A stretch of DNA of 63,997 nt, filler included, from Squatina squatina (GCA_031763465.1; 4 parts of 4 records of this genome joined end to end with filler, not necessarily neighbours in it); one strand, 5' to 3'. Positions 23,199 through 36,441 are shown, counted from the first letter of the whole stretch. The notes: generated by a model from the sequence alone, not told the origin. Program-made: numbers and translations.

Positions 23199-24875
23199 AG
23201 GGTAGTTGGCCAAAAGCTTGATCATAGAAGTAAGTTTTAAGGAGCGTCTTAAAGGAGGATAGAGAAGTGGAGAAGCAGAGAGATTTAAGGAGGGAGTTCC
23301 AGAGCTTAGGACCTAGGCAGCTGAAGGCTGAAGGTGGAGCATTTAAAATTGGGGATGTTCAAAAACCCAGAATCAGCAGATTGCAGAAGTCTTGGGGGAT
23401 TATAGGGCTGGTGGAGATTACAGCGAGGCCATGGAGGAATTTGGAAAAAAAGGATGAGAATATTAAATCGAAGCATTGCTTAAGTGGGAGCCAGCACAGA
23501 AAAGATGGATGAGCGGGATTTGGTGCGAGTTCGCAAGCGGGTGACAGAATCTTGGATGACCTCAAGTTTATGGAGGGTAGAACTCGGGAGGACAGCCAGG
23601 GTTGCATTGGAATAGTCAAGTCTAGAGGTGATAAAGGCATGGATGAGGATTTCGGCAGCAGATATGTTGAGGTAAGAGTGGATATGGGCAATATTATGAA
23701 GGTGGAAATGGGCAGGCTTAGTGATAGAACGGATATGAGGTAAGAAGCTCAATTCGTGATCAAACATGACACCAAGGCTGTGAACAGCCTTAGACAGTTG
23801 CTGGGGAGAGAGATTGAATCAGTGGAAAGGGAACGGAGATTGTGGTGAAGACAATGGCTTCCTGATATTTACTTGGAGGAAATTTCTACTGATCCAGTGA
23901 TGGATGTCGGACAAGCAGTCTGATAGTAGAGACAGTGGAGCGATCAAGAGATGTGGAGGAGGGGTAGAGCTGGGGATCATCACCATACATGTGAAAACTC
24001 ATGTTGTGTTGCTGCTAGATGTCACCGAGGGGCAGTATGTATATGAGAAATAGGAGGGGGCCAATGAGAGATCCTTGAGGGACACCAGAGGTGATGGTGC
24101 GGGATTGGGATGAGAAGCCATTGCAGGTGATTCTATGGTTACAGCTGGAATGATAGGAGTGAAACCAGGTAACTGCAGTTTCATCCAGCTGGACAATGGT
24201 GGAGAGGCATTGGAGCAGAATTTTGTGGTCAACCATGCCAAAACCTGCAGACAGGCCCAGAAGGGTGAGAAGGGATAGATTACCTTTGTCTCAGTCAATT
24301 AGGATGTTATTTGTGACCTTGGTAAGAGCAGTTTCAGTACTGTGGCAGAGGCAGAAGCCGAATTGGAAGGATTCAAACCAGGAGTTCTGGGAAATATGGG
24401 CACGGATTTGGGAGACGACAACACATTCAAGGACTTTGGAGAGGAAAGGGAGGTTGAAGATGGGACAATAGTTTGCAAGGACGGAGGGGTCAAGGGTTGT
24501 TTTTCTGAGAAAAGGTGTGATGACAGCAGATTTGAAGGAAAGGGGGACAATACCTGAGGAGGGAGAACTGTTAACAATATCCGCTAACATGGGATCCAGG
24601 AAGGGAAGTTGGATGGTCAGCAATTTAGTAGAAATAGGGTTGAGAGAGCAGGAGGTCAACCTCGTTGTCAAGATTTGCTTTGAAGGGGCAACGGGGAAGA
24701 TAGGAGAGAAATTAGAGAAATATGCAAATTTAGGGTTAGGGCAGAGGGAAGCCACAGAGGAAGTAAAGTCCAGTGGGCTAGGGCAGGGAGGGAATTGAAA
24801 GCAGCAGCAGTTGAATGGATGTTTTTGATCTTTTTAACAAAGAAGTCCATGAGCTCCACACATTTATTGTTGGAG
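23199..24875 (-). mobile_element. L2-clade LINE, degenerate reverse transcriptase and 3' region
   Basis: NLPFLSKVLE...HSTETALTKVTN...VDHKILL...GVPQGSLIGPLLFLIY...LIHAFITSRLDYSN, spread over several frames. Confidence 0.9.
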
Positions 24876-24975
24876 NNNNNNNNNNNNNNNNNNNNNNNNN
24901 NNNNNNNNNNNNNNNNNNNNNNNNNNNNNNNNNNNNNNNNNNNNNNNNNNNNNNNNNNNNNNNNNNNNNNNNNNN

Positions 24976-25350
24976 CAACAGTCAGCTTTACCGCTTTGGA
25001 TTCGCGTTGGAGAGGAATACCTTATGCATCTGGGCAAAGCATACAAGGATCCTTCTCCCGTTGCTCCAAACCCGCGAGAAATGGCACTTTCCCACAGAGC
25101 TTTCTCAATGCAACTGGCCCAGCTCCAGCGCCTTCTACAAGACCAAGTTGGAGGCTTGGGCGATGTTGACAGCAGATACCAGGGTGAAGTGGATGAGATG
25201 CTGGAACGAGGGAAACGGCTGGACGACCCTCCGATTTCCCTGGATCTAACATTCCATCTTCTGAGGGAAGTGCTCGAGATGGCTAGAGCTGAGCAACTAG
25301 CCCAGCAAGCACACAGCAACAGGAAAATAATGGACTTGATCGGGAAATAG
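24976..25350 (+). CDS. CRH: Corticotropin-releasing hormone precursor (5' end lost in gap; mature 41-mer at 25219-25341)
   Basis: WIRVGEEYL pro-region motif, KR cleavage site, LDDPPISLDLTFHLLREVLEMARAEQLAQQAHSNRKIMDLI, then GK amidation signal and stop. Lies between RRS1 and TRIM55 (CRH1 synteny). Confidence 0.95.
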   Translation, partial: QQSALPLWIRVGEEYLMHLGKAYKDPSPVAPNPREMALSHRAFSMQLAQLQRLLQDQVGGLGDVDSRYQGEVDEMLERGKRLDDPPISLDLTFHLLREVLEMARAEQLAQQAHSNRKIMDLIGK

Positions 25351-26369
25351 ATAGCAGTCGCCATAGATCTGACATCTATCCCGTAAAAACCTATATCATA
25401 GCGCTGCTCTGACATTACCTGTTTATTTTTATAGCGCTATCCTATAAAGCTGTTCATTTCAACCAAGTTAACACTGTATTTGTCGATTGATTTACATTGT
25501 AGAATTCTAGATAATAAACACATCGGTGCTCAATCATTTTTCTTGTGTAAGCGAATGTCTAATATTTATATTTTTAATAAAAGACTAAAATGGATGTTTG
25601 ATGTAAATAAGATCTACTCTAATAGTTATTCTTGTACACTATCTAAAATTGCTTTGGTCTCTACTCACAAAACCTAGCCACCCAAATCAATCATTTCTGC
25701 ATTTTTTTTACATTATGAACGAGGTGCCCTATGGATTAAAACAAAAAGCAGTGTAGTGAAAGGGTTAAACAGAACCATCTTTAATTCTGTATAGGAAACA
25801 ATACCCACGCTGGGTGGCATGGTGGCACAATGCATTGGATCATTAGTCTGTGGCACCACATGTTGATGAGATGCTACTTTTTAATGCTCTTCATTCCCCT
25901 GAGTTCATTAATCTGAGCAGAAGCAAGATGTTTCCACAGAGGGAGGGAGGTAAAATGATAGAGTGAGTCACTCCCGTTCACCCACATACACCTCCAAGCT
26001 GCAGATTACATAGCAGTGAAGTCAGAAGTGTGAAATCACATTGTCTACTTGCTCCCTTCCATTGAAAAATGGGGAGTGCTTATGATCTATTATTATATAT
26101 CTATATATTTCTAGTGTAGATTTTTATCTTATGTCTTTTATTAATCTTTTAAAAATAAAAATTCTGCCCTCTGCTCCTTGAGATGCTGATTCGGGTTGGG
26201 GGTACTGTTCCACAGGAACTAATATTTAAGCTTCTAATACCTCATCCANNNNNNNNNNNNNNNNNNNNNNNNNNNNNNNNNNNNNNNNNNNNNNNNNNNN
26301 NNNNNNNNNNNNNNNNNNNNNNNNNNNNNNNNNNNNNNNNNNNNNNNNGCTGCACGGGCTAACACACGC

Positions 26370-26396
26370 ACGCGCACGCACACACACACACACACA
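26370..26396. repeat. (CA)n/(CG) microsatellite
   Basis: acacgcacgcgcacgcacacacacacacacac. Confidence 0.7.
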
Positions 26397-26519
26397 TTCC
26401 CCCATCCCCCTCCATCCCTGCCCCAGCCTCTGGCTCCCTGGGCTTCGAGTTCCCCAGCCGCTGGCTCCCTTGGCTGTGCACTATTGCCTAAGTTACATTG
26501 ATTAAGCCCAACTCAGTAC

Positions 26520-26753
26520 CTGTAGAAAGACTGCAATTTCAGGCTCCTCCATACACTGCAATCCAGACTCAATGACCTTGGATACCCCCTCGAGATGTTC
26601 TCCATATTTCCTAATCAACGAGCGAATATGCTGTGTCTTTTCTTCCTGTTCCACTGTGATATTTTGCAACATGTCCTTTTTCCTTTCCTCCAGCATTGCA
26701 TACAGACCATCAAACTTTTCACACATCAGTTCCTTTTGGCTGCTACTGTTATC
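26520..26753 (-). CDS. TRIM55: TRIM55 (MuRF2) coiled-coil exon
   Basis: ttgcag|DNSSSQKELMCEKFDGLYAMLEERK...MEEPEIAVFLQ|gtac, 234 nt. Confidence 0.88.
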
Positions 26754-27693
26754 CTGCAATATTTAGGCAATAGTCACTTTTCACAAGGTTCAATACTGAA
26801 ATAGCTTCATCTACAAACAGAAAAGCAATGTACAAAAGACTCCTAGCTTTTAGGGCCTTGAAATTATGCTGTCTGAAGATTATCCCTTTGTCTGCAATTT
26901 TAACAGCGGTGTTAGCTTTTTTTATTGTAAACAGGTTAACGACTTTGTTAAGCAGACAAACCAATTTCATGCAAACAGAGCCTTAAGGGCTTGGATGNNN
27001 NNNNNNNNNNNNNNNNNNNNNNNNNNNNNNNNNNNNNNNNNNNNNNNNNNNNNNNNNNNNNNNNNNNNNNNNNNNNNNNNNNNNNNNNNNNNNNNNNCCT
27101 TATTTCCTCATTTGATGCCCACACGAGCCTAATTTCAGTAGGGTGAATCTATCCAAATCTTCAACCGCTACCCTAGCTGAAAGTTAGTGAGAATCACATC
27201 AAGGATCCTCTGCTCTGTATTTTTGAATGGTATTTAAGTTGCTGCCTTTACCCAACAGACCATCAAGGAGAATTGTTGGCCAGTTTCAGAGCAGCATTGT
27301 TGGAGGCCTGGGCACAGGTCTCTGAGGAACAGCTGAACTGTGGCCCAGGAGAGTGGGATAAAAATAAGAGTTTAACTTCTAAAAATAAATACATTTGGTG
27401 AAAACTAAATAATGTATCTTTGCAATACTTCTGGCACATTTGCATTGTGGTTGTTTGTATTTGTGATACAGCTTTACAGATCGGGCCTTGAAATTGTATT
27501 GTGTGAATGTTATCCCTTTGTCTGCAATTTTAACAGAGGTGTTAACTTTTTTTATTGTAAACAGGTTAATGAATTTGTTAAGCAGATAAGCAAAATTCAT
27601 ACAAACAAAGCCTCAAGAGCTTGGATGCTAATATTTGCAATGGATAGCTTCAGGGAATAAATCTTGTGATACAGCTTTAAAGATTGGAAATAC

Positions 27694-27789
27694 CTCAATA
27701 TTTTTGCATGTCTCTTCCATCTGAGTGATTACTGTCTGAATCTGGTCATTGCTTGCTACGAGCATTTCAATCCCATCACTGAACTCAGA
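27694..27789 (-). CDS. TRIM55: TRIM55 exon following the B-box
   Basis: gtgtgcag|[32 protein letters not shown]|gtat, 96 nt. Confidence 0.88.
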
Positions 27790-30705
27790 CTGCACACAAA
27801 ATAAAACAGAACATTCTAAAATTAGCTAAGCAAAATTAGAAGGCCCACCAACTTCAGGAAAGACGACAATTCCTGCAAGACACAATTGAATACAAGGGAC
27901 ATAAAGGTTTTGCCCATAGGCAAGTCTGAGGTCTGGTCTGCAGATCAGCATACCTCACTTCTTGATGGACACGGTGCAAACATCGATAGTGAGGGCCAAA
28001 TTACTGTGCTCTTACTCAGCTTCCTCTTCAGGGGGCATGACGACACCCCCCTAGCCACAGGCTCTCCAGTATCCTCGCTAATTATGCTCCAGCTCCGTTA
28101 ACTCCACAATTCCCCCAATTTTCCACCGTCCCTGTTCCGGTTTGCACTGATGGACGAGAGCTTGGGCCAGGATGTACAAGGATAATTTCATTAATCCCTA
28201 CCATTCACAATAAACTGCCCACCTCATATCATTGCCAGCAGGCGTAGCATGGAGAGTGCAGTTAAATATGTAGATTTTTACTACAAGCAAATAGTTAAAA
28301 ATGTTTTAAAAATTGGACGACACATATCTAACATGTGAAAATTACTTGGCGATTGTTTAAATGGTCAAAGTCAACCTTACAATCCGAGTGAGATCATTAA
28401 ATTTTTTCTGGCACTGAGTCCCACTCCTCGGAGCCACATCAGTGGCTGATACCTGAGGCGACCTCAAACCATGCTGGCGCTGCCCCTTCTTCCTCCATGG
28501 CAAAACAGAGTCTGTGCCCTTCTGGATACTGATGCCACCAGTGTGTCAACAGCTGACTCCAAAAATGTCCGAGCTCGTGGACCTCCTATCTGGCTCAGCA
28601 ACCATTTGACAGTTTGGACTATGCACAATAAAGTTGATTAATCTCTGGTATAAAATCACACTCACCCCTCTCCTACTGACCAAAGCAGTGTCTGGGATTG
28701 AAAAACTGCCACCATTTATGGGATGTGCTGGACTGAGAGTTGATTGCTGCCAATTAGATAGTTTGTGCAATTGGCCTGCTGAAATGTGTCTAAGAGAATG
28801 AGTGTCCATNNNNNNNNNNNNNNNNNNNNNNNNNNNNNNNNNNNNNNNNNNNNNNNNNNNNNNNNNNNNNNNNNNNNNNNNNNNNNNNNNNNNNNNNNNN
28901 NNNNNNNNNAACTGATGAGTTACAATCTAATACTAAGCTATTCTTTTATAGATAACGTTTATAAATGTTATCTTTCTCATTCTTACATAGAACCACACAA
29001 TGTGCATTAAGCAGTGAACAGCAATTGTGATACCACTGATCGTAGCTCATGTATAGTTTATTGAAAGCTTTGCTCATATACAAAGTCCAAATTGAGATGG
29101 TAAATGTATGCCAAAATTGCATTATTCTTATTTTCAACTTCAAGTATCAAGGTTGTAATGACAATTTACAGGACAAGTTGACATTAATACTGGAGCATTA
29201 CCTGATTGACTCCTGCTTGTATAAGTCAATTATATTTTCAACAAGTAGGTTTCTTTGTAGCCCATAGACTCCATGTCTGTCCAGAATCACCTCATGTCGA
29301 CAGGAAGGACAACGAAAACGACCCCCTGATCCGATTGTGGAGCTGCCACGGGTTGACCAGTATGGATTGGATGCCTGATTATAATTGAAAAAAGTACCTA
29401 TTAAAATACAATTTTGACTTTAAAAAAAAAATCTGGGTTTCTTTTGTTCAATTTTACACTTTGTTTGTGATGTGGTCTGCAAAAACAAGAATACCAGACC
29501 AACAATTCTTCACCTACATTTTTTTATCACCATCAACCATTCGGTAGCTGTTAACATTGTACTATATTCATCCAGATACTAGAAAGCGAGTTTTCTGTTT
29601 GAACAAAGACCGTGCTGGCATTGTAAGATCCTTGGGACTATTTAATATGTTAAAGGTGCTATATAAGTACAAATTGTTATTATTGTTGTTGCAGTGTCCA
29701 GATTGTACTCTGAAACTTTCAGGAAAACGCTCATAAAATGGATTTTATTGCCCCAGTTTGCTCTGCTCCTTTTCTGAAAATATTCAATCTTCACAGTTTA
29801 CATTTATGTATGCAGGTCAGGAAAAGGCCATTGGACCTATAGATGCTCGCCCATCATTTGGTTGATTTAGTCGCCTTATTCAAACCCTCCCTCTCCCCAA
29901 CTCTAGGGAGAGGCAACGAAACTAGAGGCTTGTAGCCAATTCCAAAGTCCTGTGTCAAAACTTCCTCTCCAACCTCTGAGAGGATGCTGTAGTGGTCTGG
30001 GCTCGGGTAAGTCAAGGGGTTGTTGAGCGTGGTGATGATGAGGAGTTGGTGCTGCCTCTTACCTAGCCTCATCTTGCTGTGCCCTCACCTCTCTCTGCTC
30101 CAAAAGGAGCCGATCCCTGTGCCTGAGGTATCTCATGTGATGTCGATGGAGCTCCCAGTCCACTGCGAGAGCATCCCCTATGTCTGATGTTTTCCCATCT
30201 GTTGACCACTAAATTGTTCACCCAAAGGCAACTTTCAGTGTGGCAAATGTAGTTTCCGATTTGAGAANNNNNNNNNNNNNNNNNNNNNNNNNNNNNNNNN
30301 NNNNNNNNNNNNNNNNNNNNNNNNNNNNNNNNNNNNNNNNNNNNNNNNNNNNNNNNNNNNNNNNNNNGATCCCTAACACAGGCCCAAATCTCCCAACCCC
30401 ACTGCTCATCATTTCCAATTCTCTAAAAAAGCTTCCTTAAACCGTGTTCACAAGAGAGCTATTTTTCCATTGAATTCTTTGGAAAAAGTTAATTAAGAAA
30501 AGAAATCTTTCACAGAATATAGGGTGACCCCGCTCCAGCCTTTGCTGGGATAAACGTTCATCATGATCCGTTGTCTGATCTCGGAGGCCATTCTTTCCTT
30601 TACATTAACAGTAGAAATCTCATATTGTGATCACAGCTCTATTAGTTAATTTAGTGCTTTGTCATTCAAACAAATTATACATTGTCCCGACAGTCATTAA
30701 CTTAC

Positions 30706-30870
30706 CTGAAACATGTCATTCGCACACTTCCGGCACAGGTTATGCTGACATGGGAGAATAACAACTGGTTTAGAAAACATTTCTAAACAGATCGGGCAAA
30801 TCAGTTGCTTTTCCAAGTTGTCCATGGTTTGCCGGTCATTGGAAAAAAGGTTGTAGTCCATGGAAGTCAT
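30706..30870 (-). CDS. TRIM55: TRIM55 exon 1 (start and RING N-terminal half)
   Basis: [55 protein letters not shown]|gtaag. Paralog assigned by the N-terminus and by CRH/PDE7A synteny. Confidence 0.9.
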
Positions 30871-31106
30871 GGCAGAACGTTTCCGAGATCAGGGCTGACT
30901 CGTAAAGTTACTTTCAGAAATTAAACCGCCTCTAGCTTCTCTTTTTTCTTTCTTCCTGACTAGGACTGAGGTTGTGACCTAATTGCTTAGAACGCTTCTT
31001 GATGTTTCTGCATGGGTAACATTGCCTTGCATTGGGTTGGTGGGTTTGATGTTGTTTTTAGCAGCAGTACGTCAGGCGTTGCTATGTTTGCTGTGCATCG
31101 CTATGT

Positions 31107-31116
31107 CCTTATATGA
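31107..31116 (-). promoter_or_regulatory. Candidate CArG-like/TATA element upstream of TRIM55
   Basis: CCTTATATGA, one mismatch to CC(A/T)6GG and reading TATAAG on the coding strand, about 240 nt upstream of the ATG of a muscle gene. Confidence 0.3.
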
Positions 31117-32353
31117 AACTGACGCTGAATGAGACTGACTGCCAGAGCTGCTGTCTATCTTCTCCCTGTCTCCCCAAATTCCCATCTTTTTAGTTCTTTA
31201 CAGCTTGGCTGCAAAAATCTCCAGCAATCAAAGCCTCTGGCTGTGCGTGACATGTTAGGCTGTGGCACACAGCAGCGGGGTGTNNNNNNNNNNNNNNNNN
31301 NNNNNNNNNNNNNNNNNNNNNNNNNNNNNNNNNNNNNNNNNNNNNNNNNNNNNNNNNNNNNNNNNNNNNNNNNNNNNNNNNNNATGCCTCAGTATATTGT
31401 TCTGAAGCCAAAAAATATACAATCTGATACATCAAACAAAACTTTGGAACAGCATACACACCAATTTTTGATTTATTTACTGTGAGCTTCACATTTGTTT
31501 CAGCAAAACCCAGTCCTTCTGATCGACCAGAAAATTGATTATTTTTGCGTCCGTTTTATGGTGCAACGATGTTGAATTTATGCCCCTTTGTTCCCAAAAA
31601 AGCTGATTAGTGATCCATAATTACTTAATTTCACTTCCTGCAAATAAGACCAAATAAAATTCTAGCAATAATTAATATTCTGTTGTTGATATACATGGTA
31701 AATGTGAGTTTTCATTGTATCAAAAAAAGTCATGCTTTCACTGTGCACTCAAATTATATACAGAGAGAACTGCAAGTACTCAAGGGATGATCTACTGCTA
31801 AACCATTGATAGAATCTATTTCAGCAAGGAGGCAGCTGAAGAAACATTCCCTGGTATTAACCGCTGAGTGAACTGCATATGGTAGAATGGAATGTTGTTT
31901 CTTATTTTAGAAATTCCCACCTGTTTGAAAGTGAATCAAAATCAATTATAGCACTATGCGGTGTCAGAATAAACAAGGGCACTGTTTTCAAGGGGTCCCT
32001 ACACAAAATAAGTTAGGAAAACAGAATTTAAATGCAAGTAGATTTTCAGGAGAGTGAAACATGATCAGTTAAACACTATGATATATGTCTCCAGTGGAAG
32101 GAATATGATAAGCTCCACACAGCAGTCGCTATCTTTAGATGGTGCCTCTTTAAAAATACATTACTTGGCTTCCTCACGTGACTCACCAAGTAAATTCACC
32201 ATCTGATTAGATGCAGACCACCAAATTCCCAGGTTCAAAGTTTGGACTGTTCCNNNNNNNNNNNNNNNNNNNNNNNNNNNNNNNNNNNNNNNNNNNNNNN
32301 NNNNNNNNNNNNNNNNNNNNNNNNNNNNNNNNNNNNNNNNNNNNNNNNNNNNN

Positions 32354-32425
32354 GCGGGTGCCCATAGCAACACCTTTAATTTGGAGGAAGTGGGTGGAGT
32401 CAAAGGAGAAGTTGTTCAATGTGAG
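32354..32425 (-). mobile_element. Penelope-like RT fragment
   Basis: NNFSFDSTHFLQIKGVAMGTR. Confidence 0.7.
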
Positions 32426-33739
32426 AACAATAATAGCATCCTCAATAAGGCAGACTGGGGCTTAAGTTTTTATTTTATTTCCCATGTTATGGAGGCAGCT
32501 TCAATTAAAGTTGTGTGTTTTGAATTAATGATGTGTGAGATCAGTAATGTGATGAAAATTGCTTGTAGGGAATGGCATAGTCAGATTTCTGTGCACTGTA
32601 AATTTATGTGTGTAGGAACTGCAATCACATTCTCATGGGGCAGAGGCTGTGAATTTGTTGCACACTTACCTGCAAAAATTGGGAGTGATGGCAGCATCAA
32701 GGTCATAGCTCCAGGTGAAAGTCTCTATCTCTCAAAACAGTTGCACTAGCTTGGAATTAATGTAGAGTGTATCCATTACTGACAGGCTCTCATAGAAGCC
32801 TGCTAATAGTGGATAAGTATAAAGAATATTCTCGTGGAAGTGTACATGCACTCTTCCTCACCATCTGTTTATATCTGTACCCTTCATGGGCTGGGGAACA
32901 AATGATCCATGACACACAAACCAGATGGATTGTGTGTAGGATTTCAAGACAGTCTGGCGTGCCTAGCTTTCTGGTCACTAATTGAAGCCCTCTTTGTTTG
33001 CTATGGGCAGATGTCATTGCAGTTGTCTCGTGCATAAACAAGGTGCACTGGTTTGTGGAATATTAATTTAGGTGCCTTAGAAACACCACACTGGTTCAGA
33101 AGAATAGACCAGAAGCCCCATGCAAGTTTCTAACAAAAGTAGTGGAGATCCATATGTCTTCTAAAATGGTGATACTGTCCTTCTACCGAGCCCCACACAC
33201 ATCAGGGAAGGAATGTAATTTTTATTGCTGACCACTGGACACTCGCCACTAGTTCATATTACTCGTAGTATCAGGTTATAATTGTACATTTATGTAAGAC
33301 ATGACCATTGGCCTTGGAGTTCCAGTGTGTAAACTTAGACCAGATCATTAACTAGGTGACAGGATTCTGCTGTGCTACTGTTTAGCAGGCAGGAGTCCCT
33401 CAGACATTGGATGATGGGGGGGAAACATTCCATGCACAGAAACATGTTCAATTCAGGAACAGGAAATACAATTTGGCCCTGCCTTTTGCTTATCTAAATC
33501 ACACCTTCCTGTCATTTGAGCTTTAACTCCTCTTTCTCCAGACGTGCACTTTTCTGTTTTTGAACACATTTCTAATATTTTCAGGGCTTTCTAGTGTTCT
33601 GTGATTTTGTGTTCATTGAATTTCTCCCCTGCCACTAGTCCTTTTCATTTCCTTCTCCATTGTAACTAGATGGGAACCATTACCATGTGTTACGATAAAA
33701 TAAATTTCAGCCAAGTATTGAGTAGTAGGATACCAACAT

Positions 33740-34142
33740 CAACAATAAGCTCACTGACTCACACAGCTACATTTCTCCCACCCGCTTCCTGTGAGGACTC
33801 TACTCCATCCTCCCAGTTTCACGGTCTCTGTCTCATCTTTTCTGATGCTTTCCATACTAGTGCTTTTTTCGGCCTTTTTCCTCATCTGAGGATTCCCCTC
33901 TACCGTGGTTGACATGGCACTCGAGCATGTCCATTCCATTCCATTTCCCGCACTTCTGCTCTCATCCATTCCGCTCCCTCCCAGAACCACGATAGGGTTC
34001 CCCTTGTCCCCACCAGCCTCTACATCCAACAGATCATCCTCCGCCATTTCTGTCACCGTCAGCATGATCCTGCCACCAAACACATCTTCCCCTCCCCTCC
34101 CCTTTCAGCATTCCAAAGGGACCGCTCCCTCCGCGACACCCT
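33740..34142 (+). mobile_element. Penelope-like element fragment
   Basis: Homologous (reverse complement) to 22480-22830. Confidence 0.75.
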
Positions 34143-34568
34143 NNNNNNNNNNNNNNNNNNNNNNNNNNNNNNNNNNNNNNNNNNNNNNNNNNNNNNNNNN
34201 NNNNNNNNNNNNNNNNNNNNNNNNNNNNNNNNNNNNNNNNNNGGCCACTTGTGGCATGGCATAAATAGGCAAATCTAACCGCACAATGTTGACTCATGTA
34301 GCCCAGACAGAAATGGAGACTTTCACAGCCATGATTCTATTCCTTTCTAGATTTAGACCCAGTGGTATGTGTTGAATGTTTCAATAGAAAGAACTAGAAT
34401 TTACCTCCAATATCAAACTCGGAAGTGAAAAAGGTTAAGGCCATTTGTACCTCGCCAATTCCAGCTCTACAGGAACGTTTTTTCCCCTCTAGATGTATGA
34501 TTTTTTACGCTTTTGTAAAATGATTACTGTATATCATACAAACAGCATCTACACATTTTTTATTAAAG

Positions 34569-34713
34569 CTATCAAATGGAAAGCCAGTTGGGTTCCCTAA
34601 TTCTAGCCACAGACATAAGCCGCCAGAATGAGTTTCTGTCACAACTCCGAACTCGCTTGGACATGTACGACCTATCTTTAGATGATGTCAGCCATCGACA
34701 TTTCATGCTACAG
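34569..34713 (+). CDS. PDE7A: PDE7 catalytic-domain exon, PDE7A by synteny
   Basis: ttattaaag|[48 protein letters not shown]|gtaacc, 145 nt, with the ILATDI.RQNE motif. Opposite strand to TRIM55 as in human. Confidence 0.85.
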
Positions 34714-35245
34714 GTAACCTTATTTCAAAATTATTTTCTGGAATTAAATATTTAAGTGGTTGCATTTTATTTTCCAAGTGCAGGCTTAACTCAAAAAAAA
34801 ACTATTTTGCTTTGTGTTTTAACAGTTACAATGATGTGTCTGAATTGGACGATGTAGCTTACCACTACAAATGTATCCATATTAATTTTGCAATGGACTT
34901 TGATAGTTTTCAGTTACTGCTAACTCTTGATGAGGAAGTAGTCTTCCAATATTGTTTTTGTGAAGTTGTAATATTGCTTTCAACTCAGTTGTTTTGCAGT
35001 AGAATTAAACATATTTGTAAGAATATTTCAGAATGGTAAATAATCTAGTGCTAATTTTTACATGGATATTTTTTGAACAATTGTGAGTTTTGCAACCTCT
35101 GAGCAACATTTAGTTCCTTGGATTTTTATTTACATGGGAGTTGAGTTTAGTTCCCATATCCCGCTAAAGGCAACCGATACCTCTGTTGAGTGGGCAATCT
35201 GGAAATATTGCAGTTGTTGCCTAGTTGCTGTCTAGTATGTTTTAG

Positions 35246-35345
35246 NNNNNNNNNNNNNNNNNNNNNNNNNNNNNNNNNNNNNNNNNNNNTTAATTAATTA
35301 ANNNNNNNNNNNNNNNNNNNNNNNNNNNNNNNNNNNNNNNNNNNN
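35246..35345. other. Artificial scaffold spacer
   Basis: TTAATTAATTAA at 35290-35301 within Ns. Confidence 0.95.
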
Positions 35346-36219
35346 GGTGTACCTTCATGTGCTATCGGAACAAAGCTATCACACTATCAATTTAACACCG
35401 CTGTGCTTTAAAATTAGGTGGCAAATTGCAGTAGTTTTTTCCTGCTTTTATTTTCTTTGTACCTGCTGTTTTCCATTCAGATTAATGGGGACATGAATGG
35501 ACTGCTTTTTCCATATCATTTAATCCTGAATTACAAGGTAAGCCTGAGGTTCTACATTATTCTGCAGCACTTGGGAGCAGAATTCTGCTTTCTGAACTCC
35601 ATTTTGATCCTCTTGAAGGTCAGAAGATCTTTCTTTATCCTCACTTTGTCTTTCCGCCCAACACGTTCATCCCCAACCGCACTCCCTCCCACCCCCACGC
35701 CCTGCTCCCCCTGCCTCGCTCCCCAGCTCCCTCGTTACCCTATAGAAGCACGCCTGCTTCTCTCTCTGCACCTCACTCTTTCCGAGCAGGCAAGTAAGCT
35801 GTGTATTTGCCACAAGCTCGAATGCTTTTTTTTCTCTTTGCTGCTCCGCAGATTGTCAGGGTGAGTGCATCCTGTAACATGCTGTGCTTCTGTTTAAGAG
35901 AATTGTGTTGCCCTTCTGGAACATCGGAGGCATTTGTGTCTGGTTCATTATGCTTGGCCAGGTGGAACTAGTAGGAGGGGTGCAACATTTGTTGTGTGAC
36001 ATCTCGCTAGTTTAATGGAGTTTCATCGAGCTTTCATTGTTCTCACGATTTCACTCAGCACTTTTTAAAAAAAAACTCCATAAATTATGTACTGCTTTTG
36101 TGGTTGGAAGAGCAACCCTTTTAGATTTGACATTTCAAACCTCCTTGCTGTTGTAAGCTTTCTCTTTTTCTGTCTCCAATTCAACCTTTCTTGTCTGTCT
36201 CTATTTTATCAAAGAATTT

Positions 36220-36441
36220 GCATTTGTATGGCACCGTTCACATCCTCAGCCAATGAATTGCTTTCGAAGTGTAGTCAATGTAATGTAGGTGACTGTGGTA
36301 GCTGAAGCCCCACAAACAGCAGTGAGATGAATGACCAGTTAATCTGTTTCTGATGCTATTGATGGAGGGATAAATTGTGGCCAGGACACCAGTAGAGCTC
36401 TCTGTTCTTCTTCAAAGACTACCATAAGATCATTTACATCT
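36220..36441 (-). mobile_element. DeuSINE (SacSINE1-like) partial copy
   Basis: Homologous to 42612-43040. Confidence 0.7.

Noticed and set aside
27860-28260. GC-richer segment in a TRIM55 intron (similar at 29850-30240) as a possible foreign gene
   Set aside because: Stops in the frames checked and no recognisable domain; probably a degraded repeat.
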